NCBI GenBank assembly: GCA_965208105.1
Contig: OZ242318.1
Coordinates: 1,536,001-1,600,000 of the forward strand
Direction: 5' to 3'
From: Candidatus Latescibacterota bacterium
GTDB lineage: Bacteria; Latescibacterota; UBA2968; UBA8231
Length of the DNA: 64,000 bases
Shown: positions 29,120 to 39,654 of the stretch, in pieces
How the letters are laid out: every line of letters starts with the position of its first letter
Numbering within the stretch: position 1 is the first letter of the stretch
The notes under the pieces: generated by a model
What the model saw: only the letters and a program-made list of their open reading frames with translations
The model's database searches: none
What the model was told of the DNA's origin: nothing
Program-made: the position numbers and the translations under genes

Positions 29120-29992
29120 TCAGATCCCGTAGAGAGCCTCCGAGTTCTTCGAGAACATGGCCGCCTTCTCGTCCCGGCTGAAGTCGGAGACGATCTCGGT
29201 GTAGGCGTCGACCACCGCATCGTAGGAACTCCACAGCCAGTCCACCGGCCAGTTGGAGGCGAACAGGGAGCGCTCCGGTCCGAAGGTCTCGATGCAGTGC
29301 AGCACGTAGGGGCGGATGCTGTCTACGGTCCAGGTGTTGTCGCCGATGCCGAGGCCCGAAATCTTGCAGATCACGTTGCCAGCCTCGGCGGCCGCGGCCA
29401 TTCCGCGCTTCCAATCCTGGTAGTACTGCGGGCTGCGTTCGGTGGGGAACCCGGCGTGGTCGATGACGATTGGGACTTCGGCGAACCTGGCGGCGAGGCC
29501 GCGGAGCTTGACCATATCCTGCCATTGCACCGGCATGCTCGACACCAGGCCGTACTTCTGCAGAAGGGCGAAGCCGCGGTGAAAGTCGGGCTCGACGAGA
29601 TAATCGCCGTAGGAGAAATCGCGCACCCCCTTCATGCGCGGGAAGCGGCAGTGGCGCTCCAGCACCGCCTCGACGTTGGCGTCCCTGAGGTCGGCATGGG
29701 CAACGATGGCGTGGGGAAAGCCGGTGCGGTCAGCCGCCTGCTGCAACCACTCGGTCTCCTTGACCGGGTCCTCGGTGCCGATGGCCGCCTGCACGTGCAC
29801 CGCCTTGGTGACGTTGGCGCCGCGGGTCTCGGCGATGTAGTCCTCGGCCAGGTAGTTCCTCTCCGCCAGCTTCTGGATCTGATCGCCTAGAAAGGGGTGG
29901 GGCACCCCCGGCTGCCAGTGTCCGTAGAAGAGCTCCGGGTGCTGCATGTCGTAGAAGTGCACGTGGGCGTCGACGAAATCGAGTCTGGACAT
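29120..29992 (-). CDS. amidohydrolase-2 family (sugar lactonase-like)
   Basis: VDAHVHF, VIDHAGFP, CKISGL, FGPERSLFASNWP. Confidence 0.88.
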   Translation of the reverse strand: MSRLDFVDAHVHFYDMQHPELFYGHWQPGVPHPFLGDQIQKLAERNYLAEDYIAETRGANVTKAVHVQAAIGTEDPVKETEWLQQAADRTGFPHAIVAHADLRDANVEAVLERHCRFPRMKGVRDFSYGDYLVEPDFHRGFALLQKYGLVSSMPVQWQDMVKLRGLAARFAEVPIVIDHAGFPTERSPQYYQDWKRGMAAAAEAGNVICKISGLGIGDNTWTVDSIRPYVLHCIETFGPERSLFASNWPVDWLWSSYDAVVDAYTEIVSDFSRDEKAAMFSKNSEALYGI

Positions 29993-30135
29993 GGATTCTT
30001 CCCTTCCCTGAAGATGGTTGCCCGGGGCTCCCTGCGAGGGCGCCGGGTGAATCTGCCGCGCCGGCCCTCCTCCTCCCCGGGTCCCGGGGAGGCCATCCGT
30101 CCCGGGCCGCCCTGGCCCGCGGTGGGGCCCGCGGT

Positions 30136-31134
30136 TCAGCCGCAGACAGCGTCGCGGCTGCGCATGGCAAAGCTAATTCCGGTGCTGAACTCCTCGAACC
30201 CTGCTCTGCGGCAGATCCCCATGGCCTCCTCGTCGGCCGCCGGGACGCCCACATCGACGACGCGCACGGAATCGACGCGGTCCAATCTTTCAAGGAGACG
30301 GGCGAGAAGCCGGGCCCTGACACCGGAGGTTCGGCAGCGTGGATCGGCCAGGGGAAAGGTGACCCGGCCGAATGGGGAGCCGGGGCCATGGGTGCAGGCC
30401 CCGCCGGCGACGATGCGGCCGTCGCGCTCGGCCACCAGCACCTCGGTGCCCTCCCGGTCCAGCATGCCCGCCGCCTCCCCGGCGCAGCGCTGGCGCCAGG
30501 TCTTGCCGCAGAGGACGCCGAAGCGCTCCTCCATCGACCTGTCGAGGCAGGAACCACCGACCCCATCGCCGCCGAAAAGCGTCCGCAGGCGCCCGGCGTC
30601 CTCCCTTCCAGCCCTGCGCACAACCAGGCCCGGATCACCCGCGGCCTCCTCGCCCGGCGGCTTCAGGCCGCGCTTCCAGGCCGAGTAGCCGACCTGCCTG
30701 TGGACCTCCGCGAAGCCCACCTTCTCGTATACCCGCCGCGCCGGACGGTCGTGCTCCAGGGTGGCGACGCAGAGAATCTCGCAGCCTTTGCGGTCGATCA
30801 TGTCCCTCACCATCGCGGCGACCAGCCGTGTACCAATTCCCCGACCCTGGCAGGCCGGGTCCACCGCATTGGCTCCCACCTGCCAGGTGCCGAACTCGGC
30901 GCATGGTATGCAGGAACAATATCCCACCACCCTGCCCTCGACCTCGGCCACGAGGACCTCCCCCAGGTTCCTGCCGAGAGAGCGCCTGGTGGCCACCGCC
31001 TTGTCGCGGACTCCCCCGCCAATGCCGTAGCGCTCCTTGATGGCCTGGGCGGCGCAATAGGGACCGAAGGAGTGCAGGGTGATCCTGAAGATGGGCTCCA
31101 GGTCGTCGCCCACCGCCCGTCTGAGGCGGATCAT
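30136..31134 (-). CDS. tandem (double) GNAT family acetyltransferase
   Basis: VLVAEVEGRVVGY, AVDPACQGRGIG, ARRVYEKVGF; second degenerate GNAT (VLVAERDGRIVAG ... CRRAGF). Confidence 0.8.
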   Translation of the reverse strand: MIRLRRAVGDDLEPIFRITLHSFGPYCAAQAIKERYGIGGGVRDKAVATRRSLGRNLGEVLVAEVEGRVVGYCSCIPCAEFGTWQVGANAVDPACQGRGIGTRLVAAMVRDMIDRKGCEILCVATLEHDRPARRVYEKVGFAEVHRQVGYSAWKRGLKPPGEEAAGDPGLVVRRAGREDAGRLRTLFGGDGVGGSCLDRSMEERFGVLCGKTWRQRCAGEAAGMLDREGTEVLVAERDGRIVAGGACTHGPGSPFGRVTFPLADPRCRTSGVRARLLARLLERLDRVDSVRVVDVGVPAADEEAMGICRRAGFEEFSTGISFAMRSRDAVCG

Positions 31135-31135
31135 T

Positions 31136-32497
31136 TCAGCGGCTGCCTTCACCGTCCCCTCTCCCGAACGCCGCCTCCATTTCCCGCCGCACCCTCACCG
31201 CCGCATCCCCTTCATCCCGGTGGACGTCGTCCCAGCGCAGCTGCCGGCCGGCTTTCACGTCGCGCCGGAGGCGGACGTTGTGAGCCAGACCCAGGGGCAG
31301 GGCGCCCATTTCCAGCGACCTCTGCGCCGGGACCTGCCGGCCCCAGACGCAGTATCCTCCTTCGCCGTCGAGGATCTCGCCCGCCCTGAGGTCCCTCTTG
31401 GCGGTGGCCACCACGTCGGAGCGAAACCCGGTGGGCGCACCGGTGGGCTCGCCGCGCAGGGCCACCGAGGCCACCGAGACCCCCAGCTCCAGGCCGATCA
31501 TGTGGATGGGCCTGAACAGCGCCGCGTAGCTGCCGGTGGAGTCTGGCAGCATTCTGTACTCCTCGAAGCATCGTCGCACGTAGTCGTTGTCGGCCTCCAC
31601 CACCACGTAGGTCCCCACCATCAGGTCGTTTTCCACCGGACGCATGTCGCGGTGCAGCGAGGACACGACTTCGGTGGTGCCGGCGTGCCGGAGAGTGCCG
31701 CCGGCCTCCCGGGGCTTGCACACCTCCGCCAGCTCCCAGCACGAGGCGGGGGGAAACCCCAGGCCCTCCGGCTGCGGCGTCAGCCCGGTTGTGTTGCACA
31801 CCGCGCTCATCTCGATGGCCGACTTGCTGCCGTCGATGAAGCTGTTGAACATCTTGGGATTCATGCCGCCGCGCTCGGCGGTCTCGCGCCCGAAGTGGAA
31901 ATTGTCCCACACCGTATCCGGGGTGGACTGGTGGAATCCGGGGTGGTAGCGGGTTCCCTTGCCGGCGCAGGTGACCTGGAAGCCGCAGGTCCGGGCCCAG
32001 TCCACGTGGTCGCAGACCAGCGCCGGCTGATCCCCCCAGGCCAGGCTGTAGACCAGTCCGGCCGCCCGGGCCCGGCGCGCCAGCAGGGGGCCGGCCACCA
32101 CGTCCGCCTCCACGTTAACCATGACCAGGTGGCGGCCCTCCTCGATGCCCAGCAGGCAGTGGCGGATCCCGGCGGACGGGTCGCCGCTGGCCTCGATCAG
32201 GACCTCGAGACCGTCGGCTCCGATCAGGTCCTCGGCACTGTCGCAGATGCGGGTGGTCCCCTTGCGCCGCGCCTCCTCGAAGGAGGCGGCGCCGATGCGC
32301 TCCGCGGGCCAGCCGCTGGCGGCGCAGTTGCTCCTGGCGCGGCCGGGGTCCAGGTCGACGATGCCCAGCAGGTGGATGCCGGTGGTCAGCCGCGCCTGGG
32401 CGAGGAACATGGTGCCGAACTTGCCGGCGCCGACGAGGCCGACGCGGACCGGATTTCCGGCGGCGGCGCGCGCCGCCAGCATGGTGTGGAGATTCAT
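31136..32497 (-). CDS. homoserine-dehydrogenase-like oxidoreductase with C-terminal SAF domain
   Basis: VGLVGAGKFG, VNVEAD, GDQPA, SFIDGSKSAIEM, AKRDLRAGEILDGEGGY. Confidence 0.85.
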   Translation of the reverse strand: MNLHTMLAARAAAGNPVRVGLVGAGKFGTMFLAQARLTTGIHLLGIVDLDPGRARSNCAASGWPAERIGAASFEEARRKGTTRICDSAEDLIGADGLEVLIEASGDPSAGIRHCLLGIEEGRHLVMVNVEADVVAGPLLARRARAAGLVYSLAWGDQPALVCDHVDWARTCGFQVTCAGKGTRYHPGFHQSTPDTVWDNFHFGRETAERGGMNPKMFNSFIDGSKSAIEMSAVCNTTGLTPQPEGLGFPPASCWELAEVCKPREAGGTLRHAGTTEVVSSLHRDMRPVENDLMVGTYVVVEADNDYVRRCFEEYRMLPDSTGSYAALFRPIHMIGLELGVSVASVALRGEPTGAPTGFRSDVVATAKRDLRAGEILDGEGGYCVWGRQVPAQRSLEMGALPLGLAHNVRLRRDVKAGRQLRWDDVHRDEGDAAVRVRREMEAAFGRGDGEGSR

Positions 32498-32632
32498 GTT
32501 CGTCTTCCCCGGACTTGTCTGGCAGAGCGGGTGGCACGGGGTATTGATGCGGATATTTCCCCGCAGTAACTTACCTCCTCACAGCCCAATAATAGGTCCC
32601 GGCATCAGGCCGGGCAAATGAGGGAAAGGCCA

Positions 32633-33763
32633 ATGAAAACCACAGCATCCAGCTGCGTCTACGACGGCCGCCAGGCGCCGGCGCACCAGCGCTCCTGCGC
32701 CTTCACCACCGCCTGCCTCATGGGGGACGGCACCCTGCTGGTTTCGGGCCGTTGGGGCAGCCGGCGCGACTCCCCCGACGGACACAGTTGCATCTTCGCC
32801 AGCAACGACCACGGGGACACCTGGGAAAAGAGGTACGACGGCTACGGCCGCTGCGACTGGGACGGCGTGGCCGGCGAATTCAAGGGACTCGCCTGCACCG
32901 AGCTCGAACCTGGCGAGCTCACCGCCTCCGCTCTCTGGGTGGACCGCTCCAATCCCGGCCTGCCGTTCATCAACCCGCGCACCCAGGGGCTCCTGCCCAT
33001 GCGCATCGCCCATTCCACCTCGGCGGATGGAGGCCGCACCTGGACTCCGCCCCGGCGCATGGACACGGCCCCGCACCGGGGCGCCTCGCACTGTACCTCC
33101 GCCATCATCGAGCTGGAGGGCGGTGTTCTCGCCCAACCCTACGAGCAGTGGAAGGAGTACGAGGACCCCGCCCCCGGACGCCCGCGGGCGCATCTGCGCC
33201 TGTCGCACGACGGCGGGGCCACCTGGCCCGACCACGCCAGCGTTGCCAGGCACTCGGACAACGTCCTCGCCTTCTGGGACCAGCGCCTGGAGGCCCATCC
33301 TGGCAGCGGCCGCCTCGTGGCCATGTTCTGGACTCACGATTTCTCCGCCGGCACCGACGTGGACGTGCACATCGCCTGGGGATCCGCCGACGGCCGCCAG
33401 TGGTCGGCTCCGCGGCCCACCGGACTGCCGGGACAGCATTGCCAGCCTCTTGCCCTGGGAGGCGACAGACTGGTCGCCGTCTACTCCCACCGCCGCCATC
33501 CGCCGGGCATCGCCATGTCCATCAGCGAGGACTTCGGCGAGACCTGGGACCGCGGCCGCGACCTGATGATTTACGACAGCTCGGCCGGGGAAGAGTCGGG
33601 AGCCACCGGTTCCCGCTCGTCGGCGCAGGTCTGGGGGGACATGGAGCTGTGGCGCTTCGGACATCCCCGCGCCGTCCTCCTGCCCACCGGGGAGGTGTTC
33701 GCGGTGTTCTACGCCGGGGACGACGACGTCAAGAGCGCGCGCTGGGCCCGAGTCGAGCCCTAG
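32633..33763 (+). CDS. sialidase/BNR (Asp-box) repeat protein
   Basis: Asp boxes SNDHGDTW, SADGGRTW, SHDGGATW, SADGRQW, SEDFGETW; FGHP...VFY end. Confidence 0.85.
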   Translation: MKTTASSCVYDGRQAPAHQRSCAFTTACLMGDGTLLVSGRWGSRRDSPDGHSCIFASNDHGDTWEKRYDGYGRCDWDGVAGEFKGLACTELEPGELTASALWVDRSNPGLPFINPRTQGLLPMRIAHSTSADGGRTWTPPRRMDTAPHRGASHCTSAIIELEGGVLAQPYEQWKEYEDPAPGRPRAHLRLSHDGGATWPDHASVARHSDNVLAFWDQRLEAHPGSGRLVAMFWTHDFSAGTDVDVHIAWGSADGRQWSAPRPTGLPGQHCQPLALGGDRLVAVYSHRRHPPGIAMSISEDFGETWDRGRDLMIYDSSAGEESGATGSRSSAQVWGDMELWRFGHPRAVLLPTGEVFAVFYAGDDDVKSARWARVEP

Positions 33764-33831
33764 CAATCCGTTGATAAAGTTGCTCTGCGGGCGAGGGCGA
33801 GGCAGGTCCCGGGGCAGCTTCTCGAGTCAGA

Positions 33832-34965
33832 TCAACCGGCGGTCAACTGCTCTCTGAGGCGCCGGGCCACGATGCGCTCCTCCCCTTCCCGGAGCGTCAC
33901 CGTAGCCACGAAGAGCTCGTCCCTGTAGCCGCCCACGCCGATATAGATGGGGGGGTCTCCCTGGACCAGGGCCTCCTGGACCTCGGTGGAGGAAGGACCT
34001 TTCCAGGACGGATCGAAGTAGATGATGGGCTGGGGTCCCTGGCGCGGCGGATTGTCCTCTTCCAGGCGCAGGGTGAGGCCCTCGATTCCCTCGAGCGCGG
34101 CGATGATGGTCCGGGCCATGGCGCGCCAGCGCTTCCAGCGCCCCTCGTGGTCCAGCCCGGCGAAGCGCTCCAGGGCGGCGAGCAGGCCGGCGATCTCTTC
34201 CTTGCCCACCTTCGCCGGCCTGCCCACCCCGGCGTATGGCGACATGTTGAGACGGGCGGCCTCGATCAGATCGGCGCGGCCGCAGAGAATGCCGGTGGAC
34301 TGGGGCCCCTCCAGTCCCTTGCCGCCGCTGTAGGTGACCATGTCGGCGCCGGCGGCGACGAAGCGGGTGAGGTTCTCCGGCGGCGGCACCATGCCCGAGG
34401 CGTCCACAACCACGGGGACCTGGCGGGAATGGGCGATCTCCACCGCCGCCGACAGCGGAAGGTCGCCGTGGCGCCAGGAGCGCATGATGTAGGCCAGGGC
34501 GGCGGTCTCGCCGCAGATTGCCTCCTCCAGCTCCCAGGGCTTGGCCGCCCGCGGCGTTCCCCACTGCACCAGGCGGGCGCCGGCGGTGCGGTAGGACTGG
34601 GCGTACTCGATGAGGTGGGTGGAGGGAATGAGCACCTGGTTCCTCATGCCCGCCGTGTCCGGCAGCCGGGCGATCCTGGCCTGGTCGGCCCCGGTCATGC
34701 AGGCCGCCGCCTGCAACTGCATCCCGGCGCAGGCGCTCGCCGTCACCAGGCCGGCCTCCGCCCCGGTGTGCCGCGCGACCACCTCTCCCGCCTTCTGGTT
34801 GAGCTCGTGCATGTCGAGAAAGCACGGGGCCGCATCCGTCATGGCCTGCAGGACCTCGGGGGCCATTATGCTTCCGCCCACGAAGCTCACCCAACTGTAG
34901 CCGTTGATCGCCGGCCTGAGGCCCAGGCGCTCGAAAAACGGCGGGATCCGAAGCTGCTCCTCCAT
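33832..34965 (-). CDS. SelA-like PLP-dependent enzyme (DgaE-like)
   Basis: LGLRPAING, VGGS, VVVDAS, GADMVTYSGGKGLEGPQSTG, GRPAKVGKEEIAG. Confidence 0.82.
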   Translation of the reverse strand: MEEQLRIPPFFERLGLRPAINGYSWVSFVGGSIMAPEVLQAMTDAAPCFLDMHELNQKAGEVVARHTGAEAGLVTASACAGMQLQAAACMTGADQARIARLPDTAGMRNQVLIPSTHLIEYAQSYRTAGARLVQWGTPRAAKPWELEEAICGETAALAYIMRSWRHGDLPLSAAVEIAHSRQVPVVVDASGMVPPPENLTRFVAAGADMVTYSGGKGLEGPQSTGILCGRADLIEAARLNMSPYAGVGRPAKVGKEEIAGLLAALERFAGLDHEGRWKRWRAMARTIIAALEGIEGLTLRLEEDNPPRQGPQPIIYFDPSWKGPSSTEVQEALVQGDPPIYIGVGGYRDELFVATVTLREGEERIVARRLREQLTAG

Positions 34966-35119
34966 GTTCTCCTCCTGTCGGGAAAGTGAGCGGTCCGCGC
35001 CTCGGGACGCACCTGCCTGCGTCGAATTGATCCCGGGGGACATTAACGATATATTAGCCGTTTTCGCGGCGCAAATGCCATTCGATGCCGGCGCCCACTG
35101 GGGCCGGCGGGGAGAATTC

Positions 35120-37027
35120 ATGGCGCTTTCGGGAGCAGTGGACCTGGGGGGGATGGACTCCGAGGAGTTCAGCTACGACCTCGACTTCACCGCGCTGAGT
35201 TCGGACGACCTGGCCCAGAAGCAGGCCGGCGGCCTCTTTTCCTCGGGCCCCGTGCGCGAGGAGTCCCTGCTGTCCAGCTGGACCCCGCCCAACTGGATCG
35301 TCGAGGACGGGCGGGTCAAGCAGCTGCGCAGCCGCTCCCGTGAACGGGAGAGCCGCCGCCAACGGGTGCTGCGCGAAACATCCACCATGAAGCCATACGT
35401 GGTCATCCAGAACCCGCCCGTTTCCATTCTCGCCTGCGGCGATTGGCGCTGGACGGACTGCGTCCTCAGGGGGAGCCTCCGCGGCGGCGTCGACGGCCCC
35501 ACCGGAATCGCCTTCCGCTACCAGGACGCTCGCCACTACTACGCCCTCACCGTGGAGGACGGCAAGGGAATGAGCCTTGTCAAACGCCGGGGGGACGACC
35601 ACCTGGTTCTGGGGCAGGCCCACCTGCAGGCCGCGGCGGAGGAACACCAGGTCTACATCGAGGCCCGGGGGAGCCGGCTGGAGGCCGGAATCGTCGGCGG
35701 ACCCTTCATCCGCGCCACCGACCACAGCTACCGACACGGGAAGGCCGCCCTGGTCTGCGAAGGGGAGTCGGTCTACGGCCCCGTCCACGTCGAGGGACGC
35801 AAGGTATGCGAGTCGTCCCTGCCCCTGCCGCCGGCGCCGGAAATGCAGCTTCTGGACCAGGGCGGCCTCGCCCCACCCCTGCGGCAAGGTCGGATCCTCC
35901 TCATGGACCTGGACGGCGACGGCCTTCCCGAACTGGCGGCTGACGGCGAAGGCGGCAACGAGCTCCACGGCCAGCACCTGCGCCGGGGGCTGCTCTGGTC
36001 CCTGGGGCCCTTCGAGCACCCCCTGAGCCGCGCCGGAGACATCCCGGTGCAGGCCTTCGACATAAACGGGGACGGCCGCCGCGAGTTGGTCCTCGCCGCC
36101 GACTTCGACATCCGCGTCCACGACGCCGAGAGCGGCGCCAGCCTGGCCAGCGTGCCCACCCCGCCGGCCAACCCCTACCGCGAGCAGGCCCCCTACCCCC
36201 ATGAACTGCTGCTGGCCGACGCCCTGTGTCCGCTGCGGACGGCCCAGGGCGCAGCTCCGGGATTCTACCTGAAGGACCGCTACTGGAACCTGTGGGTCTA
36301 CGACTGCAACCTCGATCTGCTCTGGCACCGGGCCCTCAACACCGGACACTTCCCCCTCCCGGTGCAACTGAGAGCGGGGGAGGCGGATTCCATCTTCGCC
36401 AGCCGCACCATGCTCGCTCCCAACGGCGACACCCTCTGGGACCTGGACCTGCCTGACCACGCCGACGCCATCGGCTTCTTCGCCCTGCGCACCCGGCCCG
36501 GATTGTACGTGGCCTCGGGGGAGGAAGGCCTGATGGAGATCGAGCCCCGTAGCGGCGAGATTCTGACCCAGCACCGTCGCGGGCACGTGCAACAATACAC
36601 CGTGGGAAAATTCGTGGCCGACCGCCCCGGATACCAGCTGCTCACGGGGACCCAGTGGCGCGAGCCGGGCATCTGCGTCCTCTACGACGACGAGCTCAAC
36701 GTCCTGGGGCGCTGGCCCGAGATGTGCCTGCACCTGGGCAACCACGCCCTTCCCTGGGGTTCCACCGGGGCCGACCTGGTGGTGAGCCCCGCCGGAATCC
36801 TGGACCCGTTGACGGGCCGCAGGCTGCGCCCGCTGCCGCCCGAGTGCGGCACGATCCGCCACCTGGCCGTGCTCGACCTTCTCCACTATGGTCCGGGCTG
36901 CCTCTTCGTGGTCAACGACGAGAGCTGGCAGGTCTGGGGCCCGGGCGCCAACGTGCCCCCGGTTGCCCGCCGCCAACGGCCCAACGCCCTGAACCCGGCG
37001 GGATACCTGCCGAGCCTGAGCTTCTAG
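35120..37027 (+). CDS. hypothetical: lectin-like beta-sandwich domain plus FG-GAP/propeller domain (polysaccharide-lyase-like)
   Basis: GIAFRYQD..HYY (LamG/DUF1080-like); DLDGDGLPEL, DINGDGRREL; KDRYWNLW, NTGHFP, DHADA. Confidence 0.6.
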   Translation: MALSGAVDLGGMDSEEFSYDLDFTALSSDDLAQKQAGGLFSSGPVREESLLSSWTPPNWIVEDGRVKQLRSRSRERESRRQRVLRETSTMKPYVVIQNPPVSILACGDWRWTDCVLRGSLRGGVDGPTGIAFRYQDARHYYALTVEDGKGMSLVKRRGDDHLVLGQAHLQAAAEEHQVYIEARGSRLEAGIVGGPFIRATDHSYRHGKAALVCEGESVYGPVHVEGRKVCESSLPLPPAPEMQLLDQGGLAPPLRQGRILLMDLDGDGLPELAADGEGGNELHGQHLRRGLLWSLGPFEHPLSRAGDIPVQAFDINGDGRRELVLAADFDIRVHDAESGASLASVPTPPANPYREQAPYPHELLLADALCPLRTAQGAAPGFYLKDRYWNLWVYDCNLDLLWHRALNTGHFPLPVQLRAGEADSIFASRTMLAPNGDTLWDLDLPDHADAIGFFALRTRPGLYVASGEEGLMEIEPRSGEILTQHRRGHVQQYTVGKFVADRPGYQLLTGTQWREPGICVLYDDELNVLGRWPEMCLHLGNHALPWGSTGADLVVSPAGILDPLTGRRLRPLPPECGTIRHLAVLDLLHYGPGCLFVVNDESWQVWGPGANVPPVARRQRPNALNPAGYLPSLSF

Positions 37028-37161
37028 GCCGCCCGTTGAAAAAGCCCATCCGGGCTGCTAGACTGCCGTCTCCCTGGCCCGAGCGCGCAGGGAAGCGGCG
37101 GCCCGGGGCGGGAAATCCGAACACCATCCCCCAGGGATGCCGAAGGAGGATAATTACAGTC

Positions 37162-39066
37162 ATGTGGAGTTTCGATTCAGCTTTCCTGATGGCCTGGCTC
37201 GTCCTTCCGGCTCTTTGCGCCGTGATCTGGTCAAGCCTCCCCACCGGGGCAAGTTCCCCCAGGGACGGCTGGAGCAACAGCCTCCAGCCCACAGGCGCGC
37301 CAGCCCCGCCGCTGACCCTGGCGCGGGACGGTCAAACCGACTACGCCATCGTCGTTCCCGCCCGTCCGACGCCACAGGAAGCAAAGGCGGCAGGCCTGCT
37401 GGAGACCTGGCTGCGGGAAATCACCGGGGCCACCTTCCCCGTCGTCGCCGACACCGCCGCTCCGGCCCCGCGGGAGATCTGCGTCGGCCGCAGCAGCCGG
37501 CCGCGTCCGGAAGCGCCCGGTCCGCCCCCGGACCTGGGTGAGGAAGGCTACGCCATCGCGGTCGCCGGCGAGCGCGTCTTCCTGGACGGAGGTACCCGGC
37601 GCGGCCCCATATACGCCGCCCTGGCGCTCCTGGAGGAAGACCTGGGCTGCCGCTGGTACACCCCCCGCGCCAGCCGGGTGGTGCGGCGGCCGACCCTGGA
37701 GACAAGCATCGTTGCGCGCACCCACGTGCCCGTCCTCGCCCTGCGCGATCCCTTCTACGAGGACGCCTTCGACCCGGAGTGGTCGCTCATGAACCGCACC
37801 AACTCCCACCAGGCCCCGGTCCCGGAGGACTGGGGCGGGCACCTGGGCTACCCCCCCGGGTGGTTCGTTCACACCGCCAACAAGCTGGTCGGCGGCGAAC
37901 ACTTCGAGGCGCATCCCGAATACTTCGCCCTGATCGACGGCGAGCGCGTCCGCGTCCGTGCCGACGGGCACCCCCCGCAGCTCTGTCTGACCAACCTCGA
38001 GGTATACCGCATCGCCAGCGCCAAGGTGCTGGAGGTACTGGAGGCCAACCCCCGGGCGCGGCTGATAAGCGTTTCGCCCAGCGACGGCGGCGCCTACTGC
38101 CAGTGTCCCCGGTGCGCCGCCATCGACGCCGCCGAGGGCAGCAAGGGAGCCGCGCCGCTGCAGTTCGTCAACAAGGTGGCCGAAGCGGTTGCCGACCGGC
38201 ACCCCCAGGTCCGCGTCGTCCACCTCGCCTACCTGGGCACCGACACCATGCCGGCGACCTTGCGCCCGCGCGAGAACGTGGTCGTCATGTTCGCCGCCGA
38301 CCACGACGCCTGGCGCTGGCCCTTCATTCCCTACACCCGCACGCAGGTGACGAGAGAACGGCTGGCGCCCTGGATCGAATCGGGTTCCCCCGTCTTCGTC
38401 TGGGACTACGTCACCAACTTCAGCCACTATCCCCTCCCCATGCCCAACATGAAGGTGGTGGAGCGGAACCTGGAATTCTTCGTCGAAATGGGGGTCGAGG
38501 GGGTCTTCCTCCAGGGCGCCTACCAGAGCCCCGGCTCGGCCCGGGGCGCCATGCGATCCTGGGTGTGGGCAAAGAAACTGTGGGACCCATCCAGGGACGT
38601 GCACGCCCTGATGCGCGATTTCGCCTGGGGCTACTACGGCGACGCCGCTCCCCCTCTGCTGCGCTACGACGATTTGCTCTGGCAGCTCCACGACGATTAC
38701 TACGGCCACTTCGAGGCGGAATACGCCGGCGGGGTCGAGGGCCTCTACCAGATCCGCTACCGCCCGGACGCAACGTTCCTTTCGCCGCAGTTTCTCGACG
38801 CCGCCTCGGCGTTGTTCAGGGAGGCCGAAGGGCTGGCCCCAGACGAGGAGACCCTGCGCCGGGTCAGGGCGGCCAAGCTCTCGGTCCTCTATGCCAGGCT
38901 CTGCCGCGGTCCGGACTTCGGGCCGGAGGACTACGGCGCGATGATCGACGAATTCGCCGCCATCGCCCGAGTGGAAGGGGTGCAGCACACCAGGGAGGGC
39001 GCGCCCGATATCGAGGAGAAGATTCAACTCTGGCGCGAAATCCTCGCCGGAGAAAAGGAGCCCTGA
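37162..39066 (+). CDS. DUF4838-type glycoside-hydrolase-like exported protein
   Basis: N-terminal hydrophobic segment; EEGY.I, LGCRWYTP, HPEYFAL, QLCLTN, CQCPRC, FVNKVA, LAY, WDY, KKLWDP. Confidence 0.75.
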   Translation: MWSFDSAFLMAWLVLPALCAVIWSSLPTGASSPRDGWSNSLQPTGAPAPPLTLARDGQTDYAIVVPARPTPQEAKAAGLLETWLREITGATFPVVADTAAPAPREICVGRSSRPRPEAPGPPPDLGEEGYAIAVAGERVFLDGGTRRGPIYAALALLEEDLGCRWYTPRASRVVRRPTLETSIVARTHVPVLALRDPFYEDAFDPEWSLMNRTNSHQAPVPEDWGGHLGYPPGWFVHTANKLVGGEHFEAHPEYFALIDGERVRVRADGHPPQLCLTNLEVYRIASAKVLEVLEANPRARLISVSPSDGGAYCQCPRCAAIDAAEGSKGAAPLQFVNKVAEAVADRHPQVRVVHLAYLGTDTMPATLRPRENVVVMFAADHDAWRWPFIPYTRTQVTRERLAPWIESGSPVFVWDYVTNFSHYPLPMPNMKVVERNLEFFVEMGVEGVFLQGAYQSPGSARGAMRSWVWAKKLWDPSRDVHALMRDFAWGYYGDAAPPLLRYDDLLWQLHDDYYGHFEAEYAGGVEGLYQIRYRPDATFLSPQFLDAASALFREAEGLAPDEETLRRVRAAKLSVLYARLCRGPDFGPEDYGAMIDEFAAIARVEGVQHTREGAPDIEEKIQLWREILAGEKEP

Positions 39067-39231
39067 TCCGGTCGGATGGCGGAGACCGGAGACGGATCAC
39101 GGGATGGTGGAAGCGGGGGCGGATTCTTCCCGACAGCGCGGGGGCGGCGCTTCCTGCCTTTCTTGTTTTGCCCCCTGCATCTTCTTATCCTCTAGGAAAC
39201 TTCACTCACCTCAATCCACGAGAGCAATCCA

Positions 39232-39582
39232 ATGCCGGTAGTCAAGTCCAGTGACCGCGATACCATAAACCACGGCTTCCAGGGCTATGGAGAGCGGGTG
39301 CTGGTGGATGAGAAAGCCGGGTCGCACCTGATGACCCTGGGCGACCTGGTCATCGAGCCCGGGTCCATCGTGCCCAGGCACCACCACGACGTGCAGGAAG
39401 CTTTCTACGTCTTCGAGGGCACCACGACGGTCTGGCTCGGCGACGAAGAAATCGAGCTGGAGCCCGGCGACGGCATGCTGGTGCCGGCGGGCCTCTCCCA
39501 CAAATTCCACAACCGCTCCGGCCGCCCATGCCGCATGGTGTGGGTGTACGAAGAGCTGGGCGCGGCCACCCACTTCGAGTAG
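39232..39582 (+). CDS. cupin-domain protein
   Basis: PRHHHDVQEAFYVFEG, LEPGD...PAGLSHKF. Confidence 0.85.
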   Translation: MPVVKSSDRDTINHGFQGYGERVLVDEKAGSHLMTLGDLVIEPGSIVPRHHHDVQEAFYVFEGTTTVWLGDEEIELEPGDGMLVPAGLSHKFHNRSGRPCRMVWVYEELGAATHFE

Positions 39583-39654
39583 CCCGCGTTTCCCGCCCCG
39601 GGGCCCCGGACCGGCCCGCGGCGCAGGAGCTCCATCGCCGCCAGGAGGAGGAAC

